39,777 nucleotides of DNA, taken from positions 1 to 39,777 of the forward strand of contig NW_024705493.1 of NCBI RefSeq assembly GCF_018977255.1, given 5' to 3'. The translations under genes and the position numbers were made by a program. A model generated the notes under the pieces. It searched no databases. It was given only the letters and a program-made list of their open reading frames with translations, and was not told the origin of the DNA. This document shows, piece after piece, positions 10,877 to 22,989 of the stretch. Source of the DNA: Callorhinchus milii (taxonomy: Eukaryota). How positions within the stretch are numbered: position 1 is the first letter of the stretch; the number at the start of each line of letters is the position of its first letter.

Positions 10877-11247
10877 CTAGCGGGAAGTAGCCGGCGTTTC
10901 CGGGGGAAAAATATATTTCAAAACGTTTATTAAAAAACACATCATATACATACACAAGTACTAGTACTAGTAGTTATACTAGTTATACTAGTTACTAGTA
11001 GTAAAACATAACATTTACAAACACTAAGCTATTGTGAAAGCCCGGCATGCCGTTTTTCTATCCATTTTTCCATCAACAAATTTTAAGAGGCTTGCAGAAG
11101 CCCAAAAAGTTATAGAAAGTGGGGGTAAATAGTTGATCTAAAAGGTTTCCGAAAATTGTCGACCCCACCCTCAAAAATATGTGTACCCCCACGTAGGCAT
11201 ATATACCTACACACGCTACATACAATAGAGTGAGTAGTATCTAGTGA
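10877..11247 (-). mobile_element. Non-autonomous Helitron
   Basis: On the minus strand: A|TC start, terminal hairpin ccggaaacgccgg and CTAG|T end; internal (actagtt) repeats. Confidence 0.6.
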
Positions 11248-11251
11248 TGAG

Positions 11252-11508
11252 AATAGGTTTTCCCTTTTTTCTGGCACCAAACAGGTGTTGAGATGGAACA
11301 AACCTTTACAAGGAATCATGTCTGCATTAACCACAATACTTGTGGTCAGAATGCAAAAAAAACATACTCTGATAATATGCATTGTCTTTGAAACTGATTG
11401 GTCCACACCAGAGCAGCTTTTTTTGGCCTGTCCCAAATGTGTAGACCAGAGGACGCCAAAAGGCGTTTGGGACTAGGCTCAAAAGAAAGCTGTCTCTGGT
11501 GTGGAACC
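11252..11508 (+). repeat. Copy of the second fold-back family with a short inverted arm
   Basis: Matches 32520-32760 and 35390-35600; 11400-11437 is inverted at 11466-11508. Confidence 0.7.
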
Positions 11509-14500
11509 CAGGTCACTGTTCGGACTTGGCCCATAGGGAAGTTGCCGTGGCTGCAGGTTCATCCACGGTTATCGGTATTATACAGGGATAGAAATTAGGA
11601 TGCTCGTCGATACCGGTGCGTCCGCGAATTTAATTCTTAACATCTTTCCCCGAAATCTCGTACCCTGTGTCCCGCCGGGGTTCCGTGCTGCTGCAAACGG
11701 CAGCTCATTGGGCATTATTGGACAGATAATGGCAGAAGTGTGCATTGGAGATATCAAATTGACGGAACCAGTTCTTGTTTAGACGTCCCTTGCCGTTCCT
11801 TGCTTGCTTGGGACTGTTTTCCTGGGAAGATGCCCCTGAAAATTTAATAGATCAGGGATGTGTCGAGTTGCCATCGGGCCACCAGTTGGCCTTTTCACCT
11901 TCCCCACTCGATGGCATATGGCCGAAGCTACAGTACAAGCACTTGCGAGCAAAACCGTAACGATTCCTCCCGGGGCGCAAATGCTAGTGCCCTTGCGGTT
12001 GAGGAAGCCACTTGACCAGGATGCGACTGCGGGAGGAATCCTACTAGGACCCTCAAACAAAGCCGTTTTGGTTTGAAGTTAGTGTGGGCTCAGCCTCTGG
12101 TGTCCAATGACCAGGAACCGTTCATTCAGGTCCTCAATTCAGGGTTGGACACGTCAGTCATACAGCTGGGCACAGCGCTAGCCCATGCGTCACCCACGCT
12201 TTGCGAAGGTAACATATTTGGTGGAGTGGGGGCTGCATCGGTTATGGAGCCGCAGCGGCATTCCGATGGATGTGCTCTGCTCCGAAAACCCAGAATTGTC
12301 CGAGACTCAGAGGAAGACGCTTTTGTGGGAATTCTCTGACATGTTTAGCAAGTGCAAATTCGACATTGGCTGCACTACCCTTTTGAGTCACCATATCAAT
12401 AAGGGCAATGCCGCCTTCATACGGCAGATTCATTAACGGCTGAGCCCCAAAAGAAGAACAACGTAAGGCTGGCAGTTGATGAGATGTTGACCGCCGATTT
12501 TATCTCGCCATCCAATTGTCCATGGGGGGCCCCGATCGTCCTTGTTAAGAAGCAGGATGGTAGTTTGCGCTTCTGCGTCGACTTCCGTAAACTTAATACA
12601 ATTTATGTGGCTGACGCGTACCCCCTCCCATGAATGGATGATTCCCTGGATGCTCTGGCAGGGGCACATTATTTTTCAACTCTTGACTTCCTATCGGGAT
12701 TTTGGCAATTGCATCTGGATGAGTCTTCCAAGCCCAAGACCGCCTTTCACACACCACAAGGCTTATTTGAATTTAATTGGCTCCCGAGGGGTCTTCACTC
12801 TGCTCCAGCTACATTTCAGCAGCTGATGGAATGGTTCAAAAGTGCTTCAGTTGGGGGAACGTGATGGAGAAGGCAGCATTTGTTGCACTCCGGGATGGCC
12901 TGGTGAACGCCCATCCCCTCCAATACCCCAATTTTTCCTTGCCGTTCGTCCTTGATACGAACGCTAGTAATACCGGAATTGGCGCTGTTCTGTCTCAAGT
13001 CGTGGATGGCATGGAAAGCTTTTTAGCAGCACAGTGCTCTCGGGTCGAGCAGCGATACTGTGTTACACACCGGAACCTTTGGCTATACCTACCTTTATGG
13101 CAGGTGCTTTGAGGTGCGCTCTGACCATGCAGCCCTACAGTATGCACTGCGAATTTAACATCCGTCTGGTCAGCTTTCACGTTGGTTGAAAGTCCTGCAG
13201 AACTAGGACTATTCTTTTACTGTTTCCTACTGCAAGAGTATCCAACACACAAACACAGATGCCCTGTCGCGGTTGCCAACGAGCGATGGGTGCGCGTGTT
13301 TCTCGGGCTCGGGGCACTGTAGGATGGCTGCCGAGGCCTTGCCCCTTCCCCTTGTGGCGTCGGTGGATGTTGATACCCCCGAAAATCCCGATGGTCCCGA
13401 TGCAGGTGACGCCGCTATTGGCCTGGCCATGCGAGTGGGGATGCCTCCAGGCGGAAGACGCTTCCCTGTTGAAACTTGCGACGACGTCTCAAGGGTGCCA
13501 AAGGGGAGAAGATCGATGGGGGGTGGCCTCTGTTATCCTCAAAGGTTGGTTGCTGATGCGCTGGGATGGGGGTTACACCATTATAACACTGTCGTGCCCA
13601 CTGCCCTGCGGGGTAAAATAATTTGGGCAGTGCACTAGCGACTGCTGCACCTGGGTGTGCACAAGATGCTGGCTACACTCAAACTCGACTTCTTCTGGCC
13701 CAGTATGGCGGAGGATGTCGCTGGTGCGTGCAGTGCACTCGGCGGAAACCACCGTCTAAACCTTGTTGTCCATCTTTGCTATCCATTCAGGTCTCCCGTA
13801 TAAATGAGCTGGTAAAGCTTGATGTCCTCAGCCTATTTTCAACCACTCCCACTGGAATAAGTATTTACTAGTCGGCGTCAAATATTTTTCACGATGGCCG
13901 ATGGACTGGCCGCTTCCCAAAAGTCAGCGGTGGCTATCACTGAGGCATTCCTCGACGGTTATGTGCTAGACAAGGGGCCCCGGAGCATCTCCTGACCGAT
14001 CAGGGTAAAACTTTTCTTCTAAATTGTTACGGGAGGTGTGTGATTTGTTGGGAATAAATAAAAGAATGAACGTTGCCCTGTCACCTCCAGATGGACGGGA
14101 TGGTGGAAAGGTTGCACAGGACTCTGACCTCTATGTTAAGCCATCATGTTCCGGAGTCCTTGCTGCCTATAAAATGGGCCGGCTACTCGCCATTTTTTAT
14201 GTACGGGAGGGAACACGACCTCCTGATTGATGTCTAATTGCAAACCGAGCCGAACAGTGCTAAGTTAAAAATTTCGGAACCCATACGCCTTGCCCTTCAG
14301 AGAATTTCGGAAGCACGCGAGGAAACAAGGGAAATTTCTATTTCATGCCAAATGGCAAATGAGAGCTGAGGGATCTCCTCCTTTCAGGACATAAGTGGGC
14401 TCCAGCTGACAGGTACCGGTGGCACGTTGCCCAAATTGCATAAACTTGAAGGGGCCTCAGTGTGTTCCAATTCGCTGGGGTCGACGAAATTGGTTTATTC

Positions 14501-15205
14501 ACCCTTCACGCCTCAAACCTTTCATTGCGCTGTGTGAATTCATCTCATATCCAGTACGCAAGGTCTGAGTGTTGGGTGTGTCGGGCGAGCTGGGGCGTGC
14601 ACCCGCTGAGGTTGGTCCTCAGGGGAGTTATGTGATCCTGCCCACAGGTTCCGAGCGTTTAACACCCCCTGAACTGCAGCCTGCGACGTCTCCAGGAGCT
14701 CAAGGGGCGGAGCGCCCATCTTCCCTGCCGACTGCTCCTCGTGAGGAGCCGTGCTCGTCAGGACATTTTCAAATTCCCACCGAGAACCCCAGGGAGCTTA
14801 CGCCCACCTCGCCTGGGAGCCTGGCTATAAGGGCTCATTCCAAGACTGTTCGGTTCTCGTGACCCCCCCCAAAACACACTACCACACCGTCGGTTGGTTG
14901 TCGCACTTGTCAGTCGTATTCGTCATTGGCTGAACCTGGCCTTTATTGTGCTCATGGGTGTTGTTACACGTTGAGGGTGGGTGATGCTGGTGCAGGAGGG
15001 GGGGGAGTTCCCGAGGTTGTGTGTTACCGCATATGTTTTTTTTCTCTTTCTCTCTCTTCTATTGTGTTATTGCCCTATTGTTGTGTTCTGTCCCTCTGCT
15101 ACCTTCCCCGTTCGTCACTGTATATAGTGTAAAATTGTACATAACCGTTGTTGATATTTATTTGTTGAGGCGCGCTAGGGGGCTTTCTTCTGTTTTATGG
15201 GGGAG
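11505..15205 (+). mobile_element. pol: Decayed Ty3/Gypsy LTR retrotransposon internal region (protease-RT-RNase H-integrase)
   Basis: Motifs: LVDTGAS (protease, 11600); PIVLVKKQDGSLRFCVDFRKLN, YFSTLDFLSGFWQ and KTAFHTPQGLFEF (RT); PFVLDTNASNTGIGAVLSQ (RNase H); HLGVHK..FFWPSMAEDV (integrase). There are many stops and frameshifts, the YxDD segment is deleted near 12835, and a purine tract lies at 15199-15205. Confidence 0.93.
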
Positions 15206-15769
15206 TTGACAGCCGGGATGCTGTGGGTGCAGTGCCGGCCCTAGAGGGGCATGGTGGAGTGACATCGCTGGATGGCACCATGCTGTAAGTGCAGTGCCGC
15301 CTAAAGGGCACGGCACGTGTGTGCCGACCTAAGGGGAAGGTCGTGTGAGGCCATGGCACTCCGGTTGATCCGGGAGGACACGTGACCAGTTTGAATGACA
15401 GGGGGCCCCCAAGAGGAGGCTAGGAGGGTCACGTGATTCGAACCCAGGTTCTTCCTGACGTTCTAGAAAGGGGCATGGCCAAGTGCAGAGCCGGCCACGC
15501 CAGAGAGAATATAAGCCGAGTCCCGAGAGGGATCTTGGTTGTCCATCCGGGGAAGAAACCCTTGGTCTACGATCTCCGTTCTTCGAGTCTTCCAGCACGT
15601 GGACCCAGGCAGTGTGTTGTTGGTCGCCGGTCCAGAGTTAATAGTTAATTAGTAACCAGTGTAGTGTAGTTAGCCAGGGTGGTCACCACCCTAGGTTGGG
15701 GTGGTGTGTTGAAAATAAATAAATGCGCTGCCTCAAGTTTAAGAGTGTGACTCAGTTGAACCCACTACA
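15206..15769 (+). mobile_element. 3' LTR of the Gypsy element
   Basis: Follows the purine tract, contains AATAAA and ends cactaca; has blocks of similarity to 9400-10076. Confidence 0.75.
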
Positions 15770-15938
15770 GTAGTATTTACTTACTGTAATAGTATCTTCT
15801 GAGCCCAGTAGCAGCTACTAACTGTATAGTAGTGTCTACTGACTGTAGCAGTAACTGCTGACCGTCGTAGTATCTACTGACCTTACAATAGTATCAACTG
15901 ACTCTATAGTCGTATCTACTGCCCTTACAATAGTATCA
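15770..15938 (+). repeat. Degenerate tandem repeat (tagtatctactgac.. units of about 20 bp)
   Basis: Repeated agtatc.actgac motif between the LTR and the Rex1 tail. Confidence 0.75.
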
Positions 15939-15939
15939 A

Positions 15940-16832
15940 GATAGATAGATCGTTTATTGTCATTGTCACCAGTACAACGAAATTTAAAATGCTCACCAGT
16001 CAGGGCCTCATTCATAAATTTAAATTAAATAAAACAAGAAAATAAAAATAAATTAAATGAAAGATAATCAATTTATACTATATATAAAAACAGCCCAAGT
16101 ATACCCACATACCCACATAAGGTTACATTTTGTCATTGCACATCTCTATTTCACAGTCAATTGTAAACGCTATTACTTAATAATTAATTAGCATTATTGA
16201 GTGTGGTGATCGCTGTAGGATAAAAGCTCTGTTTGAATCTGTTTGTCCTTGTTTTGACTGATCTGAATCGTCTGCCTGATGGCAACAGCTCAAACAGTGA
16301 GTGTCCAGGGTGAGAAGAGTCCTTTATAATGTTCTGTGCTTTTTTGATGCAACGTGAACTGTGTAGTTCTTCCAGTGTGGGGAGATGGCAGCCGGCGATC
16401 TTTTGGGCTGTGTTGATGACCCTCTGGAGCGCTTTCCTCTGAGCCACTGTGCAGCTGGTGTACCATACACAGATGCAGTATGTAAGAATGCTCTCGATGG
16501 AGGCTCGGTAGAAGGACACCAGCAGTTTCTGTGTGATGTTATTATTCCTGAGAATTCTCAGGAAGTAAAGTCTCTGCTGGGCCTTTTTCAGAAGCTCAGT
16601 GCTGTTGGCGCTCCAGGTCAGGCCCTCCCCAATGTGGACTCCCAGGAAGCAGAAGTCTGCCACCCTCTCCACACAGTCCCCGCTGATGATTAGTGGTGGA
16701 GTGTCCGTTTTCTTTCTCCTGTAGTCTATTATGAGCTCCTTGGTCTTTGCGGTGTTAAGGAGCAGGTTGTTGCCCCTGCAGTATGCTGTCAGCCGCTCCA
16801 CCTCGTCCCTGTAGGCAGACTCATCCCCCCCA
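15940..16832 (-). mobile_element. 5'-truncated Rex1/Babar LINE with open C-terminal ORF
   Basis: ORF 16184-16801 contains NNLLLNTAKTKELIIDYRR, FLGVHI, KKAQQRLYFLR, HPGHSLFELLPSGRR and SFYPTAI. The 3' tail is AATAAA plus (CTAT)n at about 15940-15960. Confidence 0.92.
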
Positions 16833-17510
16833 GAAAATCACTAATGAGATGATAGGACTATTGTCCTATCATCTCAGAGTACCTGGCACGTACTAATATG
16901 CTACACGGTGGCAGTGGGGGCCGCATAATGCCGATTTATTACTAATAAACCCCAATGATCTGATCGAAATAAGGATTTCGATCATTGAGGGGCACGTGCC
17001 ACCCCCCCCCCCCCCCACTGGCTCTGCCAGTGCTATCAACGTTTTGAGATAATTATATGTATCGCTCCTTTGATTAACACGGTTGGCTACGTTCGGTGCC
17101 AAAAAAGTTCAACATATGATCCATATTTTGTAGCGATTTCTAATATTTATTAATGATCCTGTTTCCGTTTTTCTACGTTACAAACATGCGAAAATCATCT
17201 CGTGACATTTTAGATCACTTTAAAAGTGTTTTCTGCGACAATCGGAGGTCCACTTAGTGATTTCCACTTCAAGGACTTGCCTACATTGGTGAGAACATAT
17301 CGAGCACATTTAAATGATGATGATCATCATCATCTTACGCCGGGCAAACTTGCTGTTGTCATCTTGGAGGCGACAAATTGCGCCAGCGGTCATGCTAAAC
17401 AGGCGCAGCATTTCCATTTAAAGCTTTCGTGACTGCAAGGATTCATCTTCTTGGTTCTTTCGGTAAAGTCACGTAGAATGGAAATATTAAAAATAAAACA
17501 TAATAAAATA

Positions 17511-17562
17511 ATTCTCACGACGTTTCGGCCACAACGCAAGCAGCCGTCATCAGGTGAAGAAC
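17511..17562 (-). ncRNA. Minimal type I hammerhead ribozyme (Penelope-type)
   Basis: Reverse complement is gttcttcac CTGATGA c GGCTGC ttgcgtt GTGGCC GAAA cg TC gtgagaat. It has the full core, a 6-bp stem II, stem I ttct-t-cac/gtg-agaa, and palindromic ACGT in place of stem III. Confidence 0.8.
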
Positions 17563-17601
17563 AGGTCTGTCTTCTCGACAGACCTGTTCTTCGACAGACC
17601 T

Positions 17602-17653
17602 GTTCTTCACCTGAGGACGGATGCTTGCGTTGTGGCCGAAACGTCGTGAGAAT
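17602..17653 (+). ncRNA. Minimal type I hammerhead ribozyme (inverted partner copy)
   Basis: gttcttcac CTGAGGA c ggatgc ttgcgtt gtggcc GAAA cg TC gtgagaat, with one mismatch in stem II. Confidence 0.75.
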
Positions 17654-17834
17654 GATTTTATTTTTATTATTTTATTTATTCAATTCTACGTGACTTTACC
17701 GAAATAACCAAGAAGGTACAGCATTGTTTCACAAGGGCTCCCGGGCTGCCCACGGGCTTTTGTGAGAGCGGCAGAGTAAATCACAGCACTCCTTGTGGGG
17801 TTTCGTCGAACGCTGCTCTTGGCGGGGCTCAGTG

Positions 17835-18320
17835 ACGAGATGTTATCTCCCTCGCCTGGTATGCAGGAGGTCGTGGATTCAAATCACGACCAACGATGCC
17901 TGCTGTGTATTCGGAGTTTGCGTGTCTCTCTCTCCCCGTGGTCGTGTGGAGTTTTCTCCGGTCCTCCAGTTTTTCCCGTCCACATTTACATTTAGAATCA
18001 ACGCGCGTTTCGATGATTTGGCTGAATTCAACATGATGACTTTGAGCTATCGTGGCTATAAGGTAGCGCCTGAAAAAGAGCTACATAGACCTTACCTGTC
18101 TTCTTGGTTCTTTCGGTAAAGTCACGTAGAAGGGAAGTAATAAAATAATAAAAATTAAACATAATGAGCCTAACTTCTTTCGAAGCCTGGTCATCACCTG
18201 AGGACGACTGCTTGCGTTTTGGGCGAATCTACGTGACTTTACAAAGACCAAGAAGATGAACCTGCAGTCACGAAAGCTTTAAATCAAAAAATAGACCTTA
18301 CCTGGTCAAATAAAAATAAA
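17835..18320 (+). mobile_element. V-SINE copy interrupted by Penelope-like insertion 2
   Basis: The tail is split by the 14-bp TSD. Confidence 0.8.
18099..18290 (+). mobile_element. Fold-back Penelope-like insertion, copy 2, inserted in a SINE tail
   Basis: Same termini as the other copies; exact 14-bp TSD atagaccttacctg (18085-18098 and 18291-18304); degenerate CTGAGGA core. Confidence 0.75.
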
Positions 18321-20306
18321 ACGTCGTATAGTTCATTGAAACGAGCCAGACCTGTGACACACGAACGCTGCCCCTGCCTCCTCCGCTGATGACCGTTGGG
18401 AACTCTTGCCAGGGTACCGTCTCTACCAATCAGGACTGTGTAACCGATCGTGCAAAAGCACATTTGTCGTTAGCAGCATACGTTGCTATTAACGGCACGC
18501 TTTTGTTCACGGCAAAGTTATGTGTGCACTGTTTTGCTTAAAAATGTTGGAGAAAAAAAATAAGAGAGGAAGGCTGTGTTGGTACTGTGGGCTTCTGTGT
18601 GAGCGCGCATGTGTATACCAAGTTGAACTCCTGGCCTTGCGCCGTCAGTGGTATCTGAACGTGTCGTGGGGCCTCCCTCGGTCAAACTCTGCCTTGCAGA
18701 TTACCCACAGCAGCGGGCAACATCATCTCTTCCAAGACGGACGGTGTTTCCCCTCACTCGCGTGGGTTTTTCTCCAGGCGCTCTGGTTTCCTTCTACGTG
18801 CAAACACTCACTAATTGGCCGGTAAACCCCTTGAAGTATAGAGAACCGCAGAGCTTGGGAAATTGTTGACTCCGACTCACGCCAACGCCTCTGGGTTGTT
18901 TCCCTGAGAGAGAGAGCGGAAACTGAATTGCGCCGCGTTGCAAGAGCAGAAATCACAATGCGACGATTGCCCCGTGCCACAATGAGGGAGGGCATCGCTA
19001 CCCGAGCGTTGCGTAATTTAGTGAGTGTGCGACTGTGCGAGTCAAATAAGTGTGACCTGCCCTCTTTCTCTCCCCGTGTCCCTCCAGCCCCCCCCCATTG
19101 CCTCCCCCCTCCATCCCTGACTCCCACGTGCATTAAACTGCATTATTATCCCTGCCAGACCCTCTGGGCTAGCCAGACTCGTCTATATTATTCGGCGCTC
19201 ATGTTTTAATTAATCGTTTGTCAGGACCCATGAGGGGGAGTGGTCAGTCTTAACCCATTCGTCAACAATCCTGAAAAATACGGCAAAGCACAATTAAATG
19301 AGTGTCCATGCGTGCGCGTGAGTGCCGTGTCCGGCCTTCATTGGTGCTTGCTAACAGCAATTGACCAACTCAACAATCTCTTAAATGCGAATCGAGGGAA
19401 TCGTTGTCTTTGTGTGTATCAAGCGTAACGCGAAACTGAATACAGTCGACTTCTTTGCATTCCTGAGAGGTCAAGTTTAAACATTTTTTTGGTGTAATTC
19501 ATACACACAATTACATCGACTCATAACAACAACAACAAAAGAGCCAAATTTATTTACATTTCCAAAAACATGCATACAGCAATACTTTAAACGTAATGCA
19601 ATGAATGTAATTTTTCCATTCTATGTCAAAAGTATTTTTTTGACTAAGCCATTGTACAGAAATGCACAGCCTTATTAATTTTGTCCAAAAGAAAAACGCG
19701 CTGTCTGTTCATACTCTGACCTGGTCAAAAATAATTCGTGGGTGTTTATTTTGCGGCTAAATATAACACTCGGATATGATACTCAATTGAGCTCGACTGG
19801 GCCATCTGATAGGACTGCAGTGTGACTTACCAGTCATGGATAAGAGACACAGCAGCCAGACCGACAGCAGTGCCACGTGCAAAAGTGTTAATAGTGAAGG
19901 AACCCACCTTTCCAATTAAAATGCCAGCGTGAGCTCGTGTCGCAGAAGCAGCCAATGGCTGCTAAACAGAAGCTGAGCCCCATCCCAGCCAGCGGTCAGG
20001 AGGACGAGATGTCTCCACGATCATTTTCCTTTTCCCGATGGCAGAACACTGACTTAAACGGCGGCGGTTTCGGGATGCATGGGCAAACGGGAGTTTCATT
20101 GAACCTCCTGTTTGCTGCGTGTGCGACCGGCCGTTTGCAATTACCTTTGAACGTTCACGATTTTCAGCCTGGCTTTGACGTTCCCTTGAAGACAACTGCA
20201 TCAAAACATCACGTCTCCATCGTGAATGATGAATTAAAGGCAAACCACAGTTGTTACGGCTGTGGCCACGCGACCCAAACTATGGTTAATAGAGTAAACC
20301 ACTGTA

Positions 20307-20446
20307 CTCTTGGGTCTTCCGGTCAATCGTCGATTGCTTGCGTTGCGATCGAAACGTCGTGATCTATTATTTTTTTATTTACGTGACTTGACCGAAAGAC
20401 CCAAGAGTATGAATTCCTGCAGTCACGAAAGCTTTAAATCAAGATT
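20307..20446 (+). mobile_element. Fold-back Penelope-like insertion, copy 3
   Basis: Exact 12-bp TSD taaaccactgta (20295-20306 and 20447-20458); retains the 3' half of the ribozyme (gaaacgtcgtga) and the family end. Confidence 0.75.
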
Positions 20447-20574
20447 TAAACCACTGTAGTTTTCACTCCTTCGGAACGACGCGAACTTTCTCCTGAAGCC
20501 CTGTCATGAATAGCAGAATTCGACGTTGGCATTTAACTCCTGAACATTTCTGCAATCGTGCGCAAGAATAGAAT

Positions 20575-20940
20575 AATGTATGTACGTGGAACTTCTTTCA
20601 CACTGGAAGGAGAACAAACTAAACACAAAAATGATTTCTAAAGAAATGAGTTTTCAGTCGAGATTTAAAAGTGCACAGTTCCAGTGGCTACCTAACATCA
20701 AAAGGAAGAACTTTCCAGACGGCCGCAGAAAGCGCATCTGAAAGCGCGCGATGTAGCGCCTCTCTTTCTCCGACGGTTAAGCAAATGTGCTGTGAGGATG
20801 GACCGGAGTTTGCGTGATGGTTTTTGCCCCTTGACGAGATCAGTCGGGTGTTGTGTTTCATTTGTTGGGAGCACTTTGTGTGCTATGATTTGCACCTTAT
20901 AGTGTACTTGGGGTTGTTCGGGGGCGCCTGCAGCACCGAT
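20575..20940 (-). mobile_element. L2-type LINE 3' end
   Basis: SRAFRCA..VW..LPF....FKSRLKTHF on the minus strand; homologous to 1440-1690. Confidence 0.7.
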
Positions 20941-21109
20941 CACAACCATTTACGGCCTTCGGCCAGGAAAGTCACGAGAAAAATTGCACACGAACAAGGC
21001 ATTCACGCAAGCACCCGATGCTCCGTTTTATAGTTTTAAAATTAAACATCTTTGAATTGTATTATGTTTTGAATGAGATAATTGTATTTGTTCAATGAAG
21101 CTTATATCA

Positions 21110-21420
21110 TTTTACATCTGGAAGACCTAATTGAAAACGACATTCCGTGTGAATTTTCTCTGGTTTTTAAGTAGATGGCCTTGCTGGGGGTTCGTTTCGA
21201 TGTGGACTTTCACCTGTTTGGGATTGCGGGATCGAGATAAGGAGACATAGAGCTGCTGGCCGTGGGAAAAGACCGCCGTCTGCAGATCGATTCCAACGTA
21301 ACCGTCGTTCATGCAGGGGGCAAGTAGGTTTGCAGCGCCCCTGCATGAAAACGACAGAAATTGTAGCGTTCATCACAGATAGATAAAGTTGCGCGCTTAT
21401 ATAAAAGTATTCCTTCAGCA
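21110..21420 (-). mobile_element. Helitron Pif1-type helicase C-terminal fragment
   Basis: YVGIDLQTAVFSHGQQLYVSLSR...FTRNVVF matches the Helitron helicase motif VI and C-terminus. Confidence 0.8.
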
Positions 21421-21439
21421 ACTGGATGGCAATGCAAAT

Positions 21440-21710
21440 TGGAGATGTTAACAACATCGCCTGCTATGCCAGAGGTCGTGGGTTCGATCACGACCCTGAC
21501 GCCTATATATTTCGAGTTTGCATGTTCTCCCCGTGGTCGCGTGGATTTCTTTTCTCTGGATCTTCCGGTTTTTCCCTCCACATTTAAAAACATGCGCTTA
21601 GAGTATTTGGACGCTATAAATTACCACTCGATAAGCCGTTTCGTTAAGCTATAATTTGTGGCCAGATCGCTTCTGAACAAAAGAGCGACGTAGTTTAGTT
21701 GGGTTTAACT
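21440..21710 (+). mobile_element. V-SINE copy
   Basis: gagtttgcatgttctccccgtggtcgcgtggattt V-domain. Confidence 0.8.
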
Positions 21711-22989
21711 CACACTCTTACAATTATAATGTGTGGATGCTGCCGTGGTGTAACTGTGCAGAGGTCGCCGGTTCCATCTCCCGGCACAAGATTTGAATTG
21801 TTTCTAAAATACCACTGCCTCTGTCTACCCAGCAAGTCATGAGTGGGTGGGGTAAATTGTGGGTACATCCACCTCTTTTAAGGCATTTGTAGACCAAATC
21901 TCCTCTAGACTGGCTCTCTAGAGCCCAGCCGAGTGGAGATCTTTCCATCAGCAATGGCATAAGCAAGCAGTTGCCAGGGCTACACCTTGACCGCTTAAAG
22001 TTAATCTCACCAAGCCTCAAAGGGTGTGTTCACTGCAACAACTAATTTTATTTTGTATGTTAAATTAGAGAACTAAATCTGATTGAAAAAAAAAATCGGG
22101 TTAGTTTATTAAAATAAGTCTCAGAAAAAAGTCCAACACGTGTTTAGGCATTCGGCGTAACTTTCGTCAGAAAGCAGGTACATTATTACACAGACTTTAA
22201 TCGGTAATTTATTTTGAACCCTTTTTTACGTGATGAATATGTTTCCACTTACAAATGGAAGCAATGAAACGTTACCGGATAAACATTGTTTCACTGCTGT
22301 GATTGGAAAGGGTTTAATGTTAATTTGTTTTTATGTAGAGCAACATAACCTAAACTCTGGGGTGTATTTTTGGAGGCAGGATGCTGGGCTGTTAATTCCT
22401 GTGAATTACTGGGAAAATCCCCGAGTTGATGTACATTGTGGTTGTTAAATCAGACGCTGGTAGACTTTGGACCAAATTAAATGCAAAATATAATAATTAA
22501 AAGTCAAAAGTCCATGTGTCTCCGAGCTCAATTTGGTAATGGGGTGACAATAGCCACCCTGAGCCAGTGGTGGAAACTCCACATTCCCATGGCAGGGGCC
22601 TGTCTGAATTTACAATGACAATGTAATTTTAAAAATCTATATTCACATGTCCTTCCGCAAAGACCATGGGATAGTCCTCATTTCCATTTGGTGGTCAGGA
22701 GTAAGTGGTGAAATTTCACATTCCTCGTGGTGGGAGACATAATTTTGCGCCTGATCATCGAATTCCTGAATCATGATTTAAAGATATGTAAATCAAGGCG
22801 CATTAAAATGTCTCGGCGGCACTTTCACCAGAAATCGTGCCCATCGGTGACATCAGAACATTTAAGAGGGCTCGCCTCTCAACAATTCTGCACAACTCAC
22901 CCGAAACCCAACATTAAGTGCATGTGCCACTGCTGCTGCCGCACGGTGGCTGACTGCGACTGCGCACGTAATACGACATTCGTCTGAAC

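Larger units (their letters stand above)
17416..17715 (-). mobile_element. Fold-back Penelope-like non-autonomous insertion, copy 1
   Basis: Inverted arms of about 130 bp, each with a hammerhead. The family end ctgcagtcacgaaagctttaaat is on the minus strand. The flanking repeat is imperfect (gcgcagcatt/gtacagcatt). Confidence 0.75.

Noticed and set aside
17451..17693. 80-aa ORF
   Set aside because: It lies wholly within the palindromic ribozyme element.
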